DNA from: Pseudomonadota bacterium
GTDB lineage: Bacteria > Pseudomonadota > Gammaproteobacteria > Steroidobacterales > MnTg04
NCBI GenBank assembly: GCA_022560735.1
Contig: JADFSO010000005.1
Span: 47,822 to 111,821 of the forward strand
DNA length: 64,000 bases
Direction: 5' to 3'
This document shows, one piece after another, positions 32,244 through 49,969 of this stretch (its first letter is position 1; each line of letters begins with the position of its first letter). A model generated the notes under the pieces. The model was not told the DNA's origin. It saw nothing but the letters and a program-made list of their open reading frames with translations, and did not search any database. Position numbers and translations under genes: made by a program.

Positions 32244-34337
32244 TCAGGACGCTTTTTTCATGACATCGTCCGCCACGCTCTGCGGGACCTGGGCGTACTT
32301 GGCGAATTCCATCGAGTAAGTCGCGCGGCCCTGTGACATCGAGCGCAGCGAAGTCGCGTAGCCAAACATCTCGGCCAGCGGCACCTCGGCACGGATCAGC
32401 TTGCCAGCGGGGCTGTCTTCCATGCCCGATGGCTGGCCACGACGGCGGTTGAGATCGCCCATTACGTCGCCCATGTAGTCCTCCGGCGAGACCACTTCCA
32501 CCGCCATGATCGGCTCGAGCAACACCGGGTCCGCCTTGAGCGCGCCATCCCTGAACGCCATCGAACCGGCGATCTTGAACGCCATCTCGCTCGAGTCGAC
32601 GTCATGATAGGAGCCGTCATAAAGGGTCACTTTGCAATCGACGACCGGATAGCCGGCGATTACGCCATTGCACATTTGCTCCTGGATGCCCTTGTCCACC
32701 GCATTGATGTATTCCTTGGGAACCGAACCGCCGACGATGGCGTTCTCAAATTCATAACCGGAACCGGCCTCGACCGGCTCGATCCGGATATACACATGAC
32801 CATACTGACCGCGGCCGCCGGTCTGGCGAATAAACTTGCCTTGCTGTTCGACCGTCGAGCGAATGGTTTCGCGATAGGCCACCTGGGGCCTGCCGACATT
32901 GGATTCCACGTTGAATTCACGGCGCATGCGGTCGACGATGATGTCGAGGTGCAGCTCGCCCATGCCCGAGATGATGGTCTGACCCGATTCCTCGTCGGTA
33001 TGCACCCGGAACGACGGGTCTTCCTTGGCCAGTTTGCTCAGCGCTATGCCCATGCGCTCCTGATCGGCCTTGGTTTTCGGTTCGACCGCGACGGCGATGA
33101 CCGGCTCCGGGAATTCCATCCGTTCCAGCGTGATGATGTGCTTTGGGTCGGACAGCGTGTCGCCGGTGTTGACATCTTTCAGGCCGACAGCGGCGGCTAT
33201 ATCGCCGGCAAATACTTCCTTGATTTCGGTACGATCGTTGGCGTGCATCTGCAGAATACGGCCAACGCGCTCTTTGCGGCTCTTGACCGGGTTATAAATC
33301 GTGTCGCCCGATTTGAGCACACCCGAATAAACGCGGAAAAAGGTCAGCGAACCCACGAACGGGTCGGTGGCGATCTTGAACGCCAGCGCCGCAAACGGCT
33401 GATCGTCGGCCGCGAGGCGAGTTGCCTTCTCACCGTTCTCCAATTCGCCCTCGATGGCCGCCACGTCGGTCGGCGATGGCAGCAACTCGATAACTATGTC
33501 GAGCACCGCCTGTACGCCCTTGTTTTTGAACGCGGAACCACAGACAGTCGGTACGATTTCGTTATTGATGGTGCGCTTCCGCAGGCCACGAACAATTTCC
33601 TCCCGGCTCAGATCGCCCTCTTCGAGATACTTCTCGAGCAAGTCTTCGTCGGCCTCGGCCGCAGCTTCGACCATGATCTCGCGACGTTCCTCGGCAGCCT
33701 TCAGCAGATCTTCAGGAATGTCACGGGCCTCATAACTGGTACCCTGGGTAGAATCATCCCAGTAGATCGCCTTCATCTGCAGCAAGTCGATGACGCCTTC
33801 GAAATTTTCCTCGGCGCCGATCGGAATCTGCAAGGCAACCGGGTTGCCGCCAAGACGCTCCCTGATCTGCTCGAGGACCCGGAAAAAGTCGGCGCCGGCG
33901 CGATCCATCTTGTTGATAAAAGCCATGCGCGGCACGCCGTACTTGTTGGCCTGACGCCAAACCGTTTCCGACTGGGGTTCGACCCCGCCAACCGAACAGA
34001 ACACCGCGACGGCGCTGTCCAGCACCCGCAGCGAACGCTCGACCTCGATCGTGAAATCAACGTGTCCGGGCGTGTCGATAATATTGATCCGGTGCTCCGG
34101 GAACTGCTTGTTCATCCCTGACCAGAAACAGGTCGTCGCCGCCGAGGTGATGGTGATGCCCCGCTCCTGCTCCAGCTCCATCCAGTCCATGACAGCGGCG
34201 CCATCGTGCACTTCACCGATCTTGTGGGAGACACCGGTATAAAACAGAATGCGCTCGGTCGTCGTCGTCTTGCCCGCATCAATATGGGCCATGATGCCGA
34301 TATTGCGGTAGCGATCGATGGGCGTGGTCCGTGGCAC
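32244..34337 (-). CDS. fusA: Elongation factor G
   Basis: AHIDAGKTT; RGITI; DTPGH; NKMD. Confidence 0.99.
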   Translation of the reverse strand: MPRTTPIDRYRNIGIMAHIDAGKTTTTERILFYTGVSHKIGEVHDGAAVMDWMELEQERGITITSAATTCFWSGMNKQFPEHRINIIDTPGHVDFTIEVERSLRVLDSAVAVFCSVGGVEPQSETVWRQANKYGVPRMAFINKMDRAGADFFRVLEQIRERLGGNPVALQIPIGAEENFEGVIDLLQMKAIYWDDSTQGTSYEARDIPEDLLKAAEERREIMVEAAAEADEDLLEKYLEEGDLSREEIVRGLRKRTINNEIVPTVCGSAFKNKGVQAVLDIVIELLPSPTDVAAIEGELENGEKATRLAADDQPFAALAFKIATDPFVGSLTFFRVYSGVLKSGDTIYNPVKSRKERVGRILQMHANDRTEIKEVFAGDIAAAVGLKDVNTGDTLSDPKHIITLERMEFPEPVIAVAVEPKTKADQERMGIALSKLAKEDPSFRVHTDEESGQTIISGMGELHLDIIVDRMRREFNVESNVGRPQVAYRETIRSTVEQQGKFIRQTGGRGQYGHVYIRIEPVEAGSGYEFENAIVGGSVPKEYINAVDKGIQEQMCNGVIAGYPVVDCKVTLYDGSYHDVDSSEMAFKIAGSMAFRDGALKADPVLLEPIMAVEVVSPEDYMGDVMGDLNRRRGQPSGMEDSPAGKLIRAEVPLAEMFGYATSLRSMSQGRATYSMEFAKYAQVPQSVADDVMKKAS

Positions 34338-34367
34338 TGTCTGTTCCTCTGCGAGCTAAGCGCTGGT

Positions 34368-34895
<528 letters not shown>

Positions 34896-35270
34896 TCAGG
34901 ACTTGGGTTTCTTGGCGCCGTACTTGGAGCGGCCTTTGCGCCGGTCGGATACGCCGGCGCAATCCAGGGTTCCCCGGATCGTGTGGTAACGGACACCCGG
35001 CAAATCCTTGACCCGGCCACCACGAATCAGGACCACCGAGTGCTCCTGCAGGTTATGCCCTTCGCCACCGATGTAACTGGTCACTTCAAAACCATTGGTC
35101 AGGCGCACCCGGGCCACTTTCCGCAGGGCCGAGTTCGGCTTTTTCGGCGTTGTGGTATAGACCCGCGTACACACGCCACGCTTTTGCGGGCTGGCTTCGA
35201 GCGCCGGAACCGTGCTTTTCGCAACCCGCTTTTTGCGTGCTTTGCGGACCAATTGATTTACTGTCGCCAT
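34896..35270 (-). CDS. rpsL: 30S ribosomal protein S12
   Basis: [10 protein letters not shown]; [11 protein letters not shown]; GGRVKDLPG. Confidence 0.99.
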   Translation of the reverse strand: MATVNQLVRKARKKRVAKSTVPALEASPQKRGVCTRVYTTTPKKPNSALRKVARVRLTNGFEVTSYIGGEGHNLQEHSVVLIRGGRVKDLPGVRYHTIRGTLDCAGVSDRRKGRSKYGAKKPKS

Positions 35271-35448
35271 GCTCTTTCTCTTTATTTGACGCGCCTTCAG
35301 GCGCACCCGTGAAACGTTCCCCGCTGCTTTACTCAAAGCGAAAATCTCATCGCGGAGAAACAGCGAGCCGCCTAAATCGGCGGCTCGTGAAATCCCTTAA
35401 ACAAGCGCACAGACCGGCCCCAGCCGAGCTGCGTGGTTAAGAGTGGGA

Positions 35449-35477
35449 ATTTTATGAACCGGCCCCTCGGGTGTCAA
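35449..35477 (-). promoter_or_regulatory. Sigma70 promoter of the str operon
   Basis: TTGACA (35477-35472), N17, TAAAAT (35454-35449). Confidence 0.85.
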
Positions 35478-35549
35478 GCAAAGTCGGGTGAAAACCCCCG
35501 AATTCCACGCCCGCGGAGCCGGTTTATGGTTCGTGACTCCGGGCCGGCC

Positions 35550-38500
35550 TCAGGCCTGCTCGTCCGCCGCCCCTTTGGCCTCCTCCCCTTTGGCCTCCTC
35601 GATAAGCACCGGCGCAGCCGTTTCCACGACCTCCGCCTTGACCACTTCCTCGACGGCGACCGGCGCCTCCGCCGTGACGGTTTCCGCCTCGGCCTCTTCG
35701 GCAGCGGGGATCTTGACTAACTGATTCGCCAACGCCTCGGCCTTCGAACGGCGCCGGTTGCTATGATACGACATGCCCGTACCGGCGGGGATCAGGCGCC
35801 CGACAATCACGTTCTCCTTCAGGCCCCGGAGGTCGTCACGCAAACCGCGAACAGCCGCCTCGGTCAGAACCCGGGTCGTTTCCTGGAAAGAGGCCGCCGA
35901 AATGAACGATTCGGTGGCCAGCGAGGCTTTGGTGATGCCCAGCAGCACCGGCGTGTGCTCGGCCTGCTTCTTGTTCATGCGTTCCATTTCCCGGTTCAAC
36001 TCGATCAGCCTGGCACGATCCAGTTGTTCGCCTTTCAGCAGGCGGGTATCGCCCGGATCCTTGATCTCAACCTTGCGCAGCATCTGGCGAATGATCACCT
36101 CGATATGCTTGTCGTTGATCTTGACGCCCTGCAACCGATATACGTCCTGGATTTCACGAACCAGGTAGTCAGCCAACGGCTCCACTCCCTGCAAACGCAA
36201 AATGTCATGCGGATTGGGCTCGCCATCGGCAATTTCTTCGCCGCGCTCGACCTGCTCGCCTTCGAACACGTTCAGGTGCCGCCATTTCGGGATCAACTCC
36301 TCGTGTGACTCGCCGTTCTCGTCGGTGATCACGAGGCGGCGCTTGCCCTTGGTTTCCTTGCCAAAACTAACCGTGCCGGTATGTTCGGCCAGGATCGACG
36401 CTTCCTTGGGCTTGCGGGCCTCGAAAAGATCGGCCACCCGCGGCAGACCACCGGTAATGTCACGGGTCTTCGAGGTTTCCTGCGGGATCCGCGCAAGCAC
36501 ATCACCAATAGACACCTTGACGCCGTCTTCTTTGTTGACCAGCGCCCCCGCCGGCAACGCGTACACGGCGGGAATATCGGTATTGGCAAAGCAGACCGGC
36601 TTGGCGTCCTTGCCTTTCTTGTCCATCAGCGTGACGGTCGGTCGCAGATCGCGGCCGACAGCGGTGCGCTGCTTCACATCCAGCACTTCGATGCTGGTCA
36701 GCCCGGTAAATTCATCGACCTGGCGGCTGACGGCCACCCCGTCTTCGAAGTCTTCAAAGCGGATGTAACCGTTCACTTCGGTGACGACCGGGTGGGTGTG
36801 CGGATCCCAGGTCGCAACCATCTGGCCTGGCTCGACCGATGCCCCGTCGCGGATCAGGATCATCGCGCCGTAGGGGATCTTGTACCGTTCGCGCTCGCGA
36901 CCGTACTCGTCCATGACGCCAAGCTCGCCTGAACGCGATACCGCGACCAGGTGCCCCTTGGTATGCTGCACAGTCTTGATGTGACGCAGGTGCACAGTGC
37001 CCTTGCTCTTGATCTCAACGCTATTGACCGCTGCCGCACGTGAGGCGGCGCCGCCGATATGGAAGGTCCGCATCGTTAGCTGGGTACCGGGTTCACCGAT
37101 CGACTGCGCGGCGATCACACCGACGGCTTCGCCGATGTTGATTTGATCGCCACGACCAAGATCGCGTCCATAACAGCTCGCGCAGACACCGTACAGGGTT
37201 TCACAAGCAATCGGCGAGCGTACCATCACGGAGTCGATCTGGTTTTGCTCCAGCTTGTCCACCCAGCGCTCATCCAGCAGCGTACCGGCCGTCGCAACCA
37301 CCTCTTTTTTGCTTCCCGGTTTGACCACGTCCTCGACCAGGACCCTGCCCAGCACTCGTTCGCTGAGCGGTTCGACCACATCGCCGCCTTCGACCAACGG
37401 GGTCATTATCAGACCGGTCGTCGTGCCACAATCTTCCTCGGTGACGACCAGGTCCTGCGCAACATCGACCAAGCGCCGTGTCAGGTAACCCGAGTTCGCG
37501 GTTTTCAGCGCGGTATCGGCCAGACCCTTGCGTGCGCCGTGAGTCGAGATAAAGTATTGCAGGACATCCAGGCCTTCCCGGAAATTTGCAGTAATCGGCG
37601 CCTCGATAATCGATCCATCGGGTTTGGCCATCAAGCCACGCATGCCGGCAAGCTGCCTGATCTGCGCCGCCGATCCACGAGCGCCCGAATCGGCCATCAT
37701 GTATATCGAGTTAAAGGAATCCTGCTGGACCTTCTCGCCTTTGGCGTTGACCACCACTTCGGTGCCCAACTCCTTCATCATCGCGTTGGCCACCTGGTCA
37801 TTGGTGCGCGACCAGATATCCACGACCTTGTTATAGCGCTCACCATCGGTCAGCAAGCCAGAGGAGTACTGATCCTGGATTTCCTTGACCTCGGCTTCGG
37901 CCGCCGCCAGGATCTCGGTCTTTTCCTCGGGCACGACCATGTCGTTTGCACAGATGGATATGCCGGCGCGCGTCGCGTAGTGGAATCCCGTGTACATCAG
38001 TTGATCGGCAAAAACAACAGTCTCTTTCAGACCGACATCGCGGTAGCAAGCGTTGATGACTCGCGAAATCGCTTTCTTGTTCATGGTCTGGTTAACGAGG
38101 TCGAATGGCAGCCCCTCGGGCAATATTTCGCTGAGCAGGGCGCGCCCTATTGTAGTGTCGTAAACCTTGTTGGTGACCGTTTTCTCCCCTTGTTCGTCGA
38201 CCGCCGTTTCCTTTATCCGCACCTTGACGATGGCCTGCAACTCGACATACCTGTTCTCGTAGGCTCGATGGACTTCGGCGACATCGGCAAACATACTGCC
38301 TTCACCACGCGCGTTAATGCGATCCCGCGACATATAATAAAGACCGAGCACGACATCCTGGGACGGCACGATAATCGGGTCGCCGTTGGCCGGCGAAAGA
38401 ATATTGTTCGATGCCATCATCAGCGCGCGCGCTTCAAGCTGCGCTTCGATCGACAACGGCACATGTACCGCCATCTGGTCGCCATCGAAGTCGGCATTGA

Positions 38501-39869
38501 ATGCCGTACAGACCAGCGGGTGAAGCTGGATCGCCTTGCCTTCGATCAGCACCGGCTCAAAGGCCTGGATACCCAGGCGATGCAGCGTCGGCGCTCGATT
38601 GAGCATCACCGGGTGCTCGCGAATCACATCTTCGAGGATGTCCCAGACTTCCGGGCCTTCGCGTTCGACCAGGCGTTTCGCGGACTTGATCGTCGCCGCT
38701 TCGCCGCGCGATTGTAACTTACTGAAAATAAAGGGCTTAAATAGCTCAAGCGCCATTTTCTTTGGCAGCCCGCACTGGTGCAGTTTTAGCGTGGGACCGA
38801 CGACGATGACCGAACGGCCAGAGTAGTCCACCCGTTTACCGAGCAGGTTCTGCCGAAACCGCCCCTGCTTGCCCTTGATCATGTCGGCCAGCGACTTCAG
38901 CGGGCGCTTGTTGGTGCCGGTGATCGCACGGCCACGCCTGCCGTTGTCGAGCAGCGCATCGACCGATTCCTGCAACATACGTTTTTCGTTGCGCACGATG
39001 ATGTCCGGTGCGTTCAACTCCAGCAGCCGGCGCAGGCGGTTGTTGCGGTTAATGACGCGGCGGTATAGATCGTTCAGATCGGAAGTCGCAAAACGGCCCC
39101 CATCGAGCGGCACCAGCGGACGCAGGTCCGGTGGCAGCACCGGCAGGACGGTCAGCACCATCCACTTCGGCTGGTTGCCCGAGGAGATAAAAGATTCCAG
39201 CAGCTTCAGTCTCTTGGACAACCTCTTGAGCTTGGTCTCCGAACCGGTGGCGGCCATATCCTCGCGGACTTTCACGACTTCGGCGTTGAGGTCCAGGCTT
39301 CCCAGCAGTTGGTAAACCGCCTCCGCGCCCATCCTGGCGTCAAAATCGTCGCCATGTTGTTCGATGGTTTCCAGGTAGGCCTCATCCGAGAGCAGTTGCC
39401 CGCGCTCCAGCGGCGTCATGCCGGGATCGATAACGACGAAGGCCTCGAAATAGAGGATGCGTTCGATTTCGCGCAGCGTCATATCCAGCATCAGGCCGAT
39501 ACGCGATGGCAATGATTTCAAAAACCAGATGTGCGCGACCGGGCTGGCCAGTTCGATGTGACCCATACGCTCGCGGCGTACCTTGGACTGGACGACCTCG
39601 ACACCGCATTTCTCGCAGACCACGCCACGATGCTTGAGGCGTTTGTACTTGCCGCAAAGACATTCGTAATCCTTGGTCGGGCCAAAAATCTTGGCGCAGA
39701 ACAAGCCATCGCGTTCCGGCTTGAAGGTTCTGTAATTGATGGTCTCGGGTTTTTTGACTTCACCCCAGGACCAGGAACGAATCATTTCCGGCGATGCCAG
39801 CCCGATGCGAATCGCATCGAAATCGTCGTTCGGAGTCAGCTGCTTTGCGAATTTCAGTAAATCTCTCAT
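35550..39869 (-). CDS. rpoC: RNA polymerase beta' subunit
   Basis: [12 protein letters not shown] active site and zinc-finger cysteines. Start set at MRDLLK. Acidic C-terminal tail. Confidence 0.99.
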   Translation of the reverse strand: MRDLLKFAKQLTPNDDFDAIRIGLASPEMIRSWSWGEVKKPETINYRTFKPERDGLFCAKIFGPTKDYECLCGKYKRLKHRGVVCEKCGVEVVQSKVRRERMGHIELASPVAHIWFLKSLPSRIGLMLDMTLREIERILYFEAFVVIDPGMTPLERGQLLSDEAYLETIEQHGDDFDARMGAEAVYQLLGSLDLNAEVVKVREDMAATGSETKLKRLSKRLKLLESFISSGNQPKWMVLTVLPVLPPDLRPLVPLDGGRFATSDLNDLYRRVINRNNRLRRLLELNAPDIIVRNEKRMLQESVDALLDNGRRGRAITGTNKRPLKSLADMIKGKQGRFRQNLLGKRVDYSGRSVIVVGPTLKLHQCGLPKKMALELFKPFIFSKLQSRGEAATIKSAKRLVEREGPEVWDILEDVIREHPVMLNRAPTLHRLGIQAFEPVLIEGKAIQLHPLVCTAFNADFDGDQMAVHVPLSIEAQLEARALMMASNNILSPANGDPIIVPSQDVVLGLYYMSRDRINARGEGSMFADVAEVHRAYENRYVELQAIVKVRIKETAVDEQGEKTVTNKVYDTTIGRALLSEILPEGLPFDLVNQTMNKKAISRVINACYRDVGLKETVVFADQLMYTGFHYATRAGISICANDMVVPEEKTEILAAAEAEVKEIQDQYSSGLLTDGERYNKVVDIWSRTNDQVANAMMKELGTEVVVNAKGEKVQQDSFNSIYMMADSGARGSAAQIRQLAGMRGLMAKPDGSIIEAPITANFREGLDVLQYFISTHGARKGLADTALKTANSGYLTRRLVDVAQDLVVTEEDCGTTTGLIMTPLVEGGDVVEPLSERVLGRVLVEDVVKPGSKKEVVATAGTLLDERWVDKLEQNQIDSVMVRSPIACETLYGVCASCYGRDLGRGDQINIGEAVGVIAAQSIGEPGTQLTMRTFHIGGAASRAAAVNSVEIKSKGTVHLRHIKTVQHTKGHLVAVSRSGELGVMDEYGRERERYKIPYGAMILIRDGASVEPGQMVATWDPHTHPVVTEVNGYIRFEDFEDGVAVSRQVDEFTGLTSIEVLDVKQRTAVGRDLRPTVTLMDKKGKDAKPVCFANTDIPAVYALPAGALVNKEDGVKVSIGDVLARIPQETSKTRDITGGLPRVADLFEARKPKEASILAEHTGTVSFGKETKGKRRLVITDENGESHEELIPKWRHLNVFEGEQVERGEEIADGEPNPHDILRLQGVEPLADYLVREIQDVYRLQGVKINDKHIEVIIRQMLRKVEIKDPGDTRLLKGEQLDRARLIELNREMERMNKKQAEHTPVLLGITKASLATESFISAASFQETTRVLTEAAVRGLRDDLRGLKENVIVGRLIPAGTGMSYHSNRRRSKAEALANQLVKIPAAEEAEAETVTAEAPVAVEEVVKAEVVETAAPVLIEEAKGEEAKGAADEQA

Positions 39870-39873
39870 TGGC

Positions 39874-43953
<4,080 letters not shown>

Positions 43954-44109
43954 CGTGTGCTACCTCGGTTCGGGCTGTTGCATCAGGCCGTTAAACGGCT
44001 TGCAGCCCGGCATAAAACAGAAACGGGAAAAGGCCGGCGACAACAATCACCAGCCGATCCCGGTTGACGGGCAATGCCCATACGCGCAAAACATAGCAAG
44101 CGGCTTCGC

Positions 44110-44487
44110 TTACTTGATTTCAACGCTTGCGCCAGCTTCCTCGAGCTGCTTTTTGACGTCCTCGGCTTCGTCCTTGTTTACCCCTTCCTTGATCGAGGCG
44201 GGAGAGGATTCCACCAGGTCCTTGGCTTCTTTCAGGCCAAGACCGGTCAATGCGCGAACGACCTTGATGACCGGGACCTTGGTGGCGCCAAATGAAGTCA
44301 TGACGACTTCAAACTCGGTCTGTTCCGCCACCGCTTCGTCGCCACCGGCAGCCGGCGCCACGGCAGCCGCCACGGGGGCGGCAGCGGACACGCCGAACTT
44401 CTCTTCCATGTCGGCAATCAGTTCGACAACGTCTATCACGCTCATGTTTGAGATCGCTTCGAGAATCTCGTTTTTCGATACAGCCAT
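44110..44487 (-). CDS. rplL: 50S ribosomal protein L7/L12
   Basis: [12 protein letters not shown]-like hinge; [12 protein letters not shown]. Confidence 0.98.
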   Translation of the reverse strand: MAVSKNEILEAISNMSVIDVVELIADMEEKFGVSAAAPVAAAVAPAAGGDEAVAEQTEFEVVMTSFGATKVPVIKVVRALTGLGLKEAKDLVESSPASIKEGVNKDEAEDVKKQLEEAGASVEIK

Positions 44488-44550
44488 TTCCAAAACTCCT
44501 GTTGTGTTACCCACACAAATATATTGATTGGTCCAAAGGTCAGTAGCGGG

Positions 44551-45078
44551 TCACGCCGCCTGCTGTTGGTCGCGAACAGCTGCGAGCGTACGCACCAGCT
44601 TGGTGTGCGGCTCGGCAAGAGTGCGGACCAGCTTGGTGATCGGCGCCTGGATGACGCCTGCGAGCATGCCCAGGGCTTGCTCGAGATTTGGCAGTGCTGC
44701 CAAACGATCCAGATCGGCGGCCGGCAGCAAATTGCCGCTAATGGCCAGACCGACTGTTACCAGCTTGTCGTTTTCCCTGGCGAACTTCTTCACCACGCGG
44801 GCCGCTGCACCCGGGTCCTCCTGCGAGAACGCCAGCAACAACGGGCCGCTCAGGATCTCGCCCAGGCACTCGAATTCAGTGCCCTCGATCGCTCTGCGCG
44901 CCAAGGTGTTCTTGACCACACGCAGGTATACGCCGGACTCGCGCGCTTGTTTGCGCAACTCCGTCATCTGCGTAACGGTCAGACCACGATATTCAGCCAC
45001 CAGGGCCGAATAAGCATTGGCTGCCACCACATTGACCGCTGCGACAAGTGCTTTTTTGTCTTCCAGACGCAATGGCAT
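44551..45078 (-). CDS. rplJ: 50S ribosomal protein L10
   Basis: MPLRLEDKK with AGGAGG RBS; EYRGLTV; [10 protein letters not shown]. Confidence 0.98.
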   Translation of the reverse strand: MPLRLEDKKALVAAVNVVAANAYSALVAEYRGLTVTQMTELRKQARESGVYLRVVKNTLARRAIEGTEFECLGEILSGPLLLAFSQEDPGAAARVVKKFARENDKLVTVGLAISGNLLPAADLDRLAALPNLEQALGMLAGVIQAPITKLVRTLAEPHTKLVRTLAAVRDQQQAA

Positions 45079-45217
45079 GGTTACCTCCTGACTATTAAGG
45101 GTCCATCTATAAATAAGGAGGAACTTCCCGTTCCACCCACCTCTCACGGATACTCCGGCGTCTCCGCCGTCGCACCACCGACAGTGGCCCTCCAGCACGC
45201 AATGCTGACCTGGGTAA

Positions 45218-45309
45218 CACCGTCTGCGCAGGCCGATAGCCTCGATTAAAAGTTCCGCGTCCCGGCCGTGTCTTTGCGGCCATGCGTCACTCACCTGCGG
45301 TCTTTGACG
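45218..45309 (-). promoter_or_regulatory. L10 leader (autoregulatory RNA)
   Basis: AAAGACCGCAGG...TTTTAAT...CCTGCGCAGACG, upstream of rplJ, matches the L10-leader pattern as I recall it. Confidence 0.75.
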
Positions 45310-45403
45310 ATTACCGGATTGCTCCGGCTCTCATGCACTCCCTTGCGGTTCCCGGGCTCAGCCGCCAAAAAATGGCTGACCAGGCTGGAAACCATTCCTG
45401 TAT

Positions 45404-46093
45404 TTAAATCGTGGCGTGATCCACCCGGATGCCCGGGCCCTGACTCGATGACAGGGTCAGACCTTTCATATATATGCCCTTGGCCGAGGCCGGCTTTGCC
45501 TTGACCAGGTCGGACAACAACGCGTCGAGGTTTTCCCTCAGCGCCTTGGCTTCGAAATTGCTGACCCCGATCGGGCAATGGATGATCCCGGCCTTGTCGG
45601 TGCGATAGCGCACCTGTCCTGCCTTGGCATTCGTTACGGCGGATGCGACATCGGCGGTCACCGTGCCAACTTTTGGATTCGGCATCAGCCCGCGCGGACC
45701 CAGGATCTGTCCCAGGGGACCGACGACACGCATCGCATCCGGAGTCGCGATCAGCACGTCGAAGTCGAGTTTGCCAGCTTTGATTTGTTCGGCCAGGTCT
45801 TCAAAACCTACGAGGTCGGCACCGGCTTTCGTCGCCTTGTCGGCGTTGTCGCCCTGGGCAAAAACCGCCACGCGCACCGTTTTGCCCAGACCATGCGGCA
45901 ACACGGTCGAGCCACGCACGACCTGGTCCGACTTACGCGGATCAACACCCAGGTTGACCGACACATCGACCGATTCGGTAAATTTGGCCGTGGCCATTTC
46001 CTTGACCAGCGCTATCGCCTCGTCGATGGCGTAAATCTTGCCCGGCTCGATCTTGTCAGCCCAGGACTTTTTGCGTTTACTGATCCCGGCCAT
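45404..46093 (-). CDS. rplA: 50S ribosomal protein L1
   Basis: KFTESVD; [14 protein letters not shown]; [11 protein letters not shown]. Confidence 0.99.
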   Translation of the reverse strand: MAGISKRKKSWADKIEPGKIYAIDEAIALVKEMATAKFTESVDVSVNLGVDPRKSDQVVRGSTVLPHGLGKTVRVAVFAQGDNADKATKAGADLVGFEDLAEQIKAGKLDFDVLIATPDAMRVVGPLGQILGPRGLMPNPKVGTVTADVASAVTNAKAGQVRYRTDKAGIIHCPIGVSNFEAKALRENLDALLSDLVKAKPASAKGIYMKGLTLSSSQGPGIRVDHATI

Positions 46094-46094
46094 C

Positions 46095-46526
46095 TCAAAC
46101 GCCCTCCGTTTCTATGCCCATGCTACGGGCCGTGCCCGCGATCGTGCGCACGGCCGCATCCATATCGGCGGCGGTCAGATCCGGCTCCTTGGCGGTGGCA
46201 ATTTCCTCGAGCTGGGCGCGACTGACCCTGCCGACTTTCTCGGTGTTCGGTGTGCCGCTGCCCTTCTTGATTTTCGCGGCTTTCCTCAGCAACACCGCGG
46301 CGGGCGGTGTCTTGCTGATAAAGGTGAAGCTGCGATCGCTGTAAACCGTTATCACCACGGGAATCGGCAAGCCGGGCTCGACACCCTGGGTATGGGCGTT
46401 AAAGGCTTTACAAAATTCCATGATGTTGACGCCATGCTGGCCCAGCGCCGGTCCTACCGGTGGGCTGGGGTTAGCCTGGCCAGCCGGGATTTGCAGTTTG
46501 ATAAATCCCTTAACTTTCTTGGCCAT
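46095..46526 (-). CDS. rplK: 50S ribosomal protein L11
   Basis: [11 protein letters not shown]; IAGTARSMG. Confidence 0.99.
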   Translation of the reverse strand: MAKKVKGFIKLQIPAGQANPSPPVGPALGQHGVNIMEFCKAFNAHTQGVEPGLPIPVVITVYSDRSFTFISKTPPAAVLLRKAAKIKKGSGTPNTEKVGRVSRAQLEEIATAKEPDLTAADMDAAVRTIAGTARSMGIETEGV

Positions 46527-46623
46527 GATTCAAATCCTCGCTTGGGTGCAAACGCCTTGCGGCTCCCCGCCTGCTTCCGTTCCGATATGCCGGCGAACCG
46601 GCCTCGTCCTTGTATTTCCCGCC

Positions 46624-47157
46624 TCAGGCTTTCTCGACCTGGGCAAAATCCAACTCCACCGGGGTGGAGCGTCCGAGTATCTGCACGGCAACCTGCAGAC
46701 GACTCTTTTCATAATTGACCTGCTCGACGACTCCGTTGAAATCATTGAACGGCCCATCAACCACGCGAACCAGCTCGCCGGGCTCAAACAACACCTTGGG
46801 CCGCGGCTTGTCGACCCCTTCCTGAACCCGCTGCTCGATGCCCTCCGCTTCTTTTTCGGAAATCGGCGCTGGCTTGTCGCTGGTTCCGCCAATAAACCCC
46901 AGAACCTTGGGTACTGACTTCACGAGGTGCCAGGTTTGCTCGTCCATATCCATCTGCACCAGCACATAGCCCGGGTAAAACTTTCTTTCGCTCCGCCTTT
47001 TCTGGCCATTCTTCATTTCCACCACTTCTTCGGTGGGAACGAGAATCTTGCCAAACTTGTCCTGCATGCCATCGAGCTCGATACGCTCTTCCAGCGATTT
47101 TTTTACCTTGTGCTCGAAGTTCGAGTAGGCATGCACCACGTACCAGCGCAGGGCCAT
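46624..47157 (-). CDS. nusG: Transcription termination/antitermination factor NusG
   Basis: [11 protein letters not shown]; YPGYVLV; KOW GPFNDF. Confidence 0.99.
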   Translation of the reverse strand: MALRWYVVHAYSNFEHKVKKSLEERIELDGMQDKFGKILVPTEEVVEMKNGQKRRSERKFYPGYVLVQMDMDEQTWHLVKSVPKVLGFIGGTSDKPAPISEKEAEGIEQRVQEGVDKPRPKVLFEPGELVRVVDGPFNDFNGVVEQVNYEKSRLQVAVQILGRSTPVELDFAQVEKA

Positions 47158-47158
47158 G

Positions 47159-47536
47159 TCAGCCTCCCTGCCCGGTCAAAGTCTTGGTTACCCACAACAG
47201 ACCCATGTCCAGACCCCAGAAGAACACGCCCAGGATGATGACGAATACGATCACCGCCAAAGTGGTCTGCGTCGTGTCCTGCCGGCTTGGCCAGACCACT
47301 TTGCGTAACTCGACGCGCGAAGTCTGGATGAATTGCCACATGTCCCGGCCCATCGCAGTCTGCATGACGATGACGATGGCGATCACTACGGATGCCAGAA
47401 CGCCGCCTGCCCTGATCACGACCGGCATATCCGGATAATAGTAATAGGCGCCGATCCCGCTGATCAAAACGGCAATCGCGAGAAAAAGCTTTACTGTATC
47501 CAGTGCGCTGGCACCAGTTTCGGTCTGGGCGTTCAT
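47159..47536 (-). CDS. secE: Preprotein translocase SecE (3-TM form)
   Basis: [13 protein letters not shown]; three hydrophobic segments. Confidence 0.97.
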   Translation of the reverse strand: MNAQTETGASALDTVKLFLAIAVLISGIGAYYYYPDMPVVIRAGGVLASVVIAIVIVMQTAMGRDMWQFIQTSRVELRKVVWPSRQDTTQTTLAVIVFVIILGVFFWGLDMGLLWVTKTLTGQGG

Positions 47537-47588
47537 GGATGATCGCAGAATCAGTCGTCAATGCAGCTGCCGGGGCTCTCCGGAACCG

Positions 47589-47664
47589 TGGCAGGCCAGG
47601 AGGGAATCGAACCCCCAACCTGCGGTTTTGGAGACCGCCGCTCTGCCAATTGAGCTACTGGCCT
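47589..47664 (-). tRNA. trpT: tRNA-Trp (CCA)
   Basis: AGGCCAGTAGCTCAATTGGCAGAGCGGCGGTCTCCAAAACCGCAGGTTGGGGGTTCGATTCCCTCCTGGCCTGCCA; 76 nt with encoded CCA. Confidence 0.97.
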
Positions 47665-47735
47665 GTTGTACCTCTCGCGGATAAAGCGGACACACGACCG
47701 GAAAGCTCCGCTCGCGTACCTGTGTGATAAAAAAA

Positions 47736-48926
47736 TTACTCGATGATCTTGGCGACGACGCCGGCGCCGACGGTCCGGCCACCCTCGCGGATGGCAAAGC
47801 GCAGGCCTTCTTCCATGGCGATCGGTGCAATCAACTCAACCGTGACCTGCACATTGTCGCCCGGCATCACCATCTCGGTGCCATCGGGCAGGTATACCGC
47901 GCCGGTGACATCGGTCGTCCGAAAATAAAACTGCGGCCGGTAGCCTTTGAAAAACGGCGTGTGACGACCGCCTTCTTCCTTGGTCAGCACATACACCTCG
48001 GCTTCAAACTTGGTGTGCGGCTTGATCGATCCCGGCTTCGCCAGCACCTGGCCGCGCTCCACGTCCTCACGCTTGGTGCCGCGCAGCAAAACCCCCACGT
48101 TGTCGCCAGCCATGCCCTCATCGAGCAGCTTGCGAAACATCTCGACACCGGTACAGGTGGTCTTGGTGGTCTCGTTGATCCCGACGATCTCCACCTCGTC
48201 GCCCACATGCACCACACCCCGGTCAATCCGGCCGGTCACCACCGTGCCGCGACCGGAAATCGAGAACACGTCCTCGACCGGCATCAGGAAATCACCATCG
48301 ATCGCACGCTCGGGCAACGGAATATAGCGGTCCATCTCCTCGACCAGCTTCAATACGCTGGGGATTCCGATGTCGCTGTCGTCGCCTTCCAGCGCCTTCA
48401 GCGCCGAACCCACCACGATCGGCGTGTCATCGCCCGGGAACTCGTAAATCGACAGCAGCTCACGGATCTCCATCTCCACCAGCTCGATCAGCTCGGCGTC
48501 ATCCACCATGTCTGCCTTGTTCATATACACCAGGATGTATGGCACACCCACCTGGCGGGCCAACAGGATATGCTCGCGGGTCTGCGGCATCGGGCCATCG
48601 GCCGCCGAAACCACCAATATCGCGCCATCCATCTGCGCCGCACCGGTGATCATGTTCTTGACGTAATCGGCATGCCCCGGGCAATCGACGTGGGCGTAAT
48701 GGCGATTCTCGCTCTGATACTCCACGTGCGCCGTCGCGATCGTGATCCCCCGCGCCTTCTCTTCCGGGGCATTGTCGATCTGGTCATACGCACGATATTC
48801 GCCGCCATGCCTCTCAGCCATCAGCTTCGTCAATGCCGCCGTCAGCGTCGTCTTGCCATGATCCACATGGCCAATCGTGCCTACGTTGATATGCGGCTTC
48901 GTACGTTGGAATTTTTCCTTGGACAC
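47736..48926 (-). CDS. tuf: Elongation factor Tu (tRNA-tuf-secE copy)
   Basis: Same protein as 30997-32187 apart from the last residue. GTG start at 48926; the ORF-track extension runs through a tRNA. Confidence 0.99.
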   Translation of the reverse strand: MSKEKFQRTKPHINVGTIGHVDHGKTTLTAALTKLMAERHGGEYRAYDQIDNAPEEKARGITIATAHVEYQSENRHYAHVDCPGHADYVKNMITGAAQMDGAILVVSAADGPMPQTREHILLARQVGVPYILVYMNKADMVDDAELIELVEMEIRELLSIYEFPGDDTPIVVGSALKALEGDDSDIGIPSVLKLVEEMDRYIPLPERAIDGDFLMPVEDVFSISGRGTVVTGRIDRGVVHVGDEVEIVGINETTKTTCTGVEMFRKLLDEGMAGDNVGVLLRGTKREDVERGQVLAKPGSIKPHTKFEAEVYVLTKEEGGRHTPFFKGYRPQFYFRTTDVTGAVYLPDGTEMVMPGDNVQVTVELIAPIAMEEGLRFAIREGGRTVGAGVVAKIIE

Positions 48927-49025
48927 GATGTTCTCCCCGTTCCAATACTGTTTACGCCAAATCCGGGCCCGGTTTCCGCCGATCTCCCGCAGTCCGTTTC
49001 GTTTGTGCCACGCCACCTCGCCGGG

Positions 49026-49100
<75 letters not shown>

Positions 49101-49127
49101 CGTGTTCATTTCCAGCTTGTTGCCTGA

Positions 49128-49201
49128 TGGAGCGGGTGATGGGAATCGAACCCACATCATCAGCTTGGAAGGCTGAGGTTCTACCTTTGAACTACACCCG
49201 C
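49128..49201 (-). tRNA. glyT: tRNA-Gly (TCC)
   Basis: GCGGGTGTAGTTCAAAGGTAGAACCTCAGCCTTCCAAGCTGA...GGTTCGATTCC...CTCCA; 74 nt. Confidence 0.97.
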
Positions 49202-49274
49202 CACGAAAACCACCACCTTCACCGCCGACAGACAAATAAACCTTTGTTTTTAAAAGATTTTTTTATTCATGCGT

Positions 49275-49359
49275 TGGTGGAGGGGGTAGGATTCGAACCT
49301 ACGAAGGCATAGCCAGCAGATTTACAGTCTGCCCCCGTTGACCGCTTGGGTACCCCTCC
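49275..49359 (-). tRNA. tyrU: tRNA-Tyr (GTA)
   Basis: GGAGGGGTACCCAAGCGGTCAACGGGGGCAGACTGTAAATCTGC...GGTTCGAATCC...CACCA; 85 nt with long variable arm. Confidence 0.97.
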
Positions 49360-49376
49360 GCGAATCCAAGCCGGCT

Positions 49377-49405
49377 ATTGTGCTTGGCATGATAATGCGT
49401 GTCAA
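49377..49405 (-). promoter_or_regulatory. Sigma70 promoter of the tRNA-tuf operon
   Basis: TTGACA-N17-CACAAT followed by a GC-rich discriminator (AGCCGGC). Confidence 0.7.
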
Positions 49406-49561
49406 CCAAAAGCGAGTAAAATCTTGCTTGCGCCGCATCGCCCGCAAGCCATACCACGAAAGGGTTCGAACACCCGGGCGATGACCGGCGCCGGGGTCGG
49501 AGCCAGGCATGGAAAAGAACACCCTGATTTCTTCGTTATTATGAAAACTGGCCCTTAACAA

Positions 49562-49918
49562 ATGGCCAATCCCGTGCATAATGGGTTCGCCGATCCGAGG
49601 ACAAAAAAAAGGATGGACGGGGTGGCAAAGAGACCCGAGCGAAGAAGCAATCTGCGGCACAAGGCGCTGACGACGGTGTACCTGTCGATACCCGGAACCG
49701 GTGGCCGCCGGTGTATCGCACGCAACGTCAGCTCCAGGGGCGTGTTTGTCGAAACCGACACCCTGGACCTGATGCGCGGCACCCAGGTCGAACTGATATT
49801 CGCCGTCAACCTGGGCCAGGTAACCCGGATTCACAGGCGCCCCGCGGAAATTGCGCATGTCAGCACGATAGGCGCCGGCCTGCACATGACCTTGACCGGT
49901 ACCGATACCCTTTATTGA
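49562..49918 (+). CDS. Stand-alone PilZ domain protein (start may be further downstream)
   Basis: RxxxR (RRSNLR) and NVSSRG (D/NxSxxG) c-di-GMP motifs. Confidence 0.8.
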   Translation: MANPVHNGFADPRTKKRMDGVAKRPERRSNLRHKALTTVYLSIPGTGGRRCIARNVSSRGVFVETDTLDLMRGTQVELIFAVNLGQVTRIHRRPAEIAHVSTIGAGLHMTLTGTDTLY

Positions 49919-49969
49919 ATCTGCGGTCATGCCGCGGTTCTTGTTTCAGAAATCGCCACGGGTCGTGGC

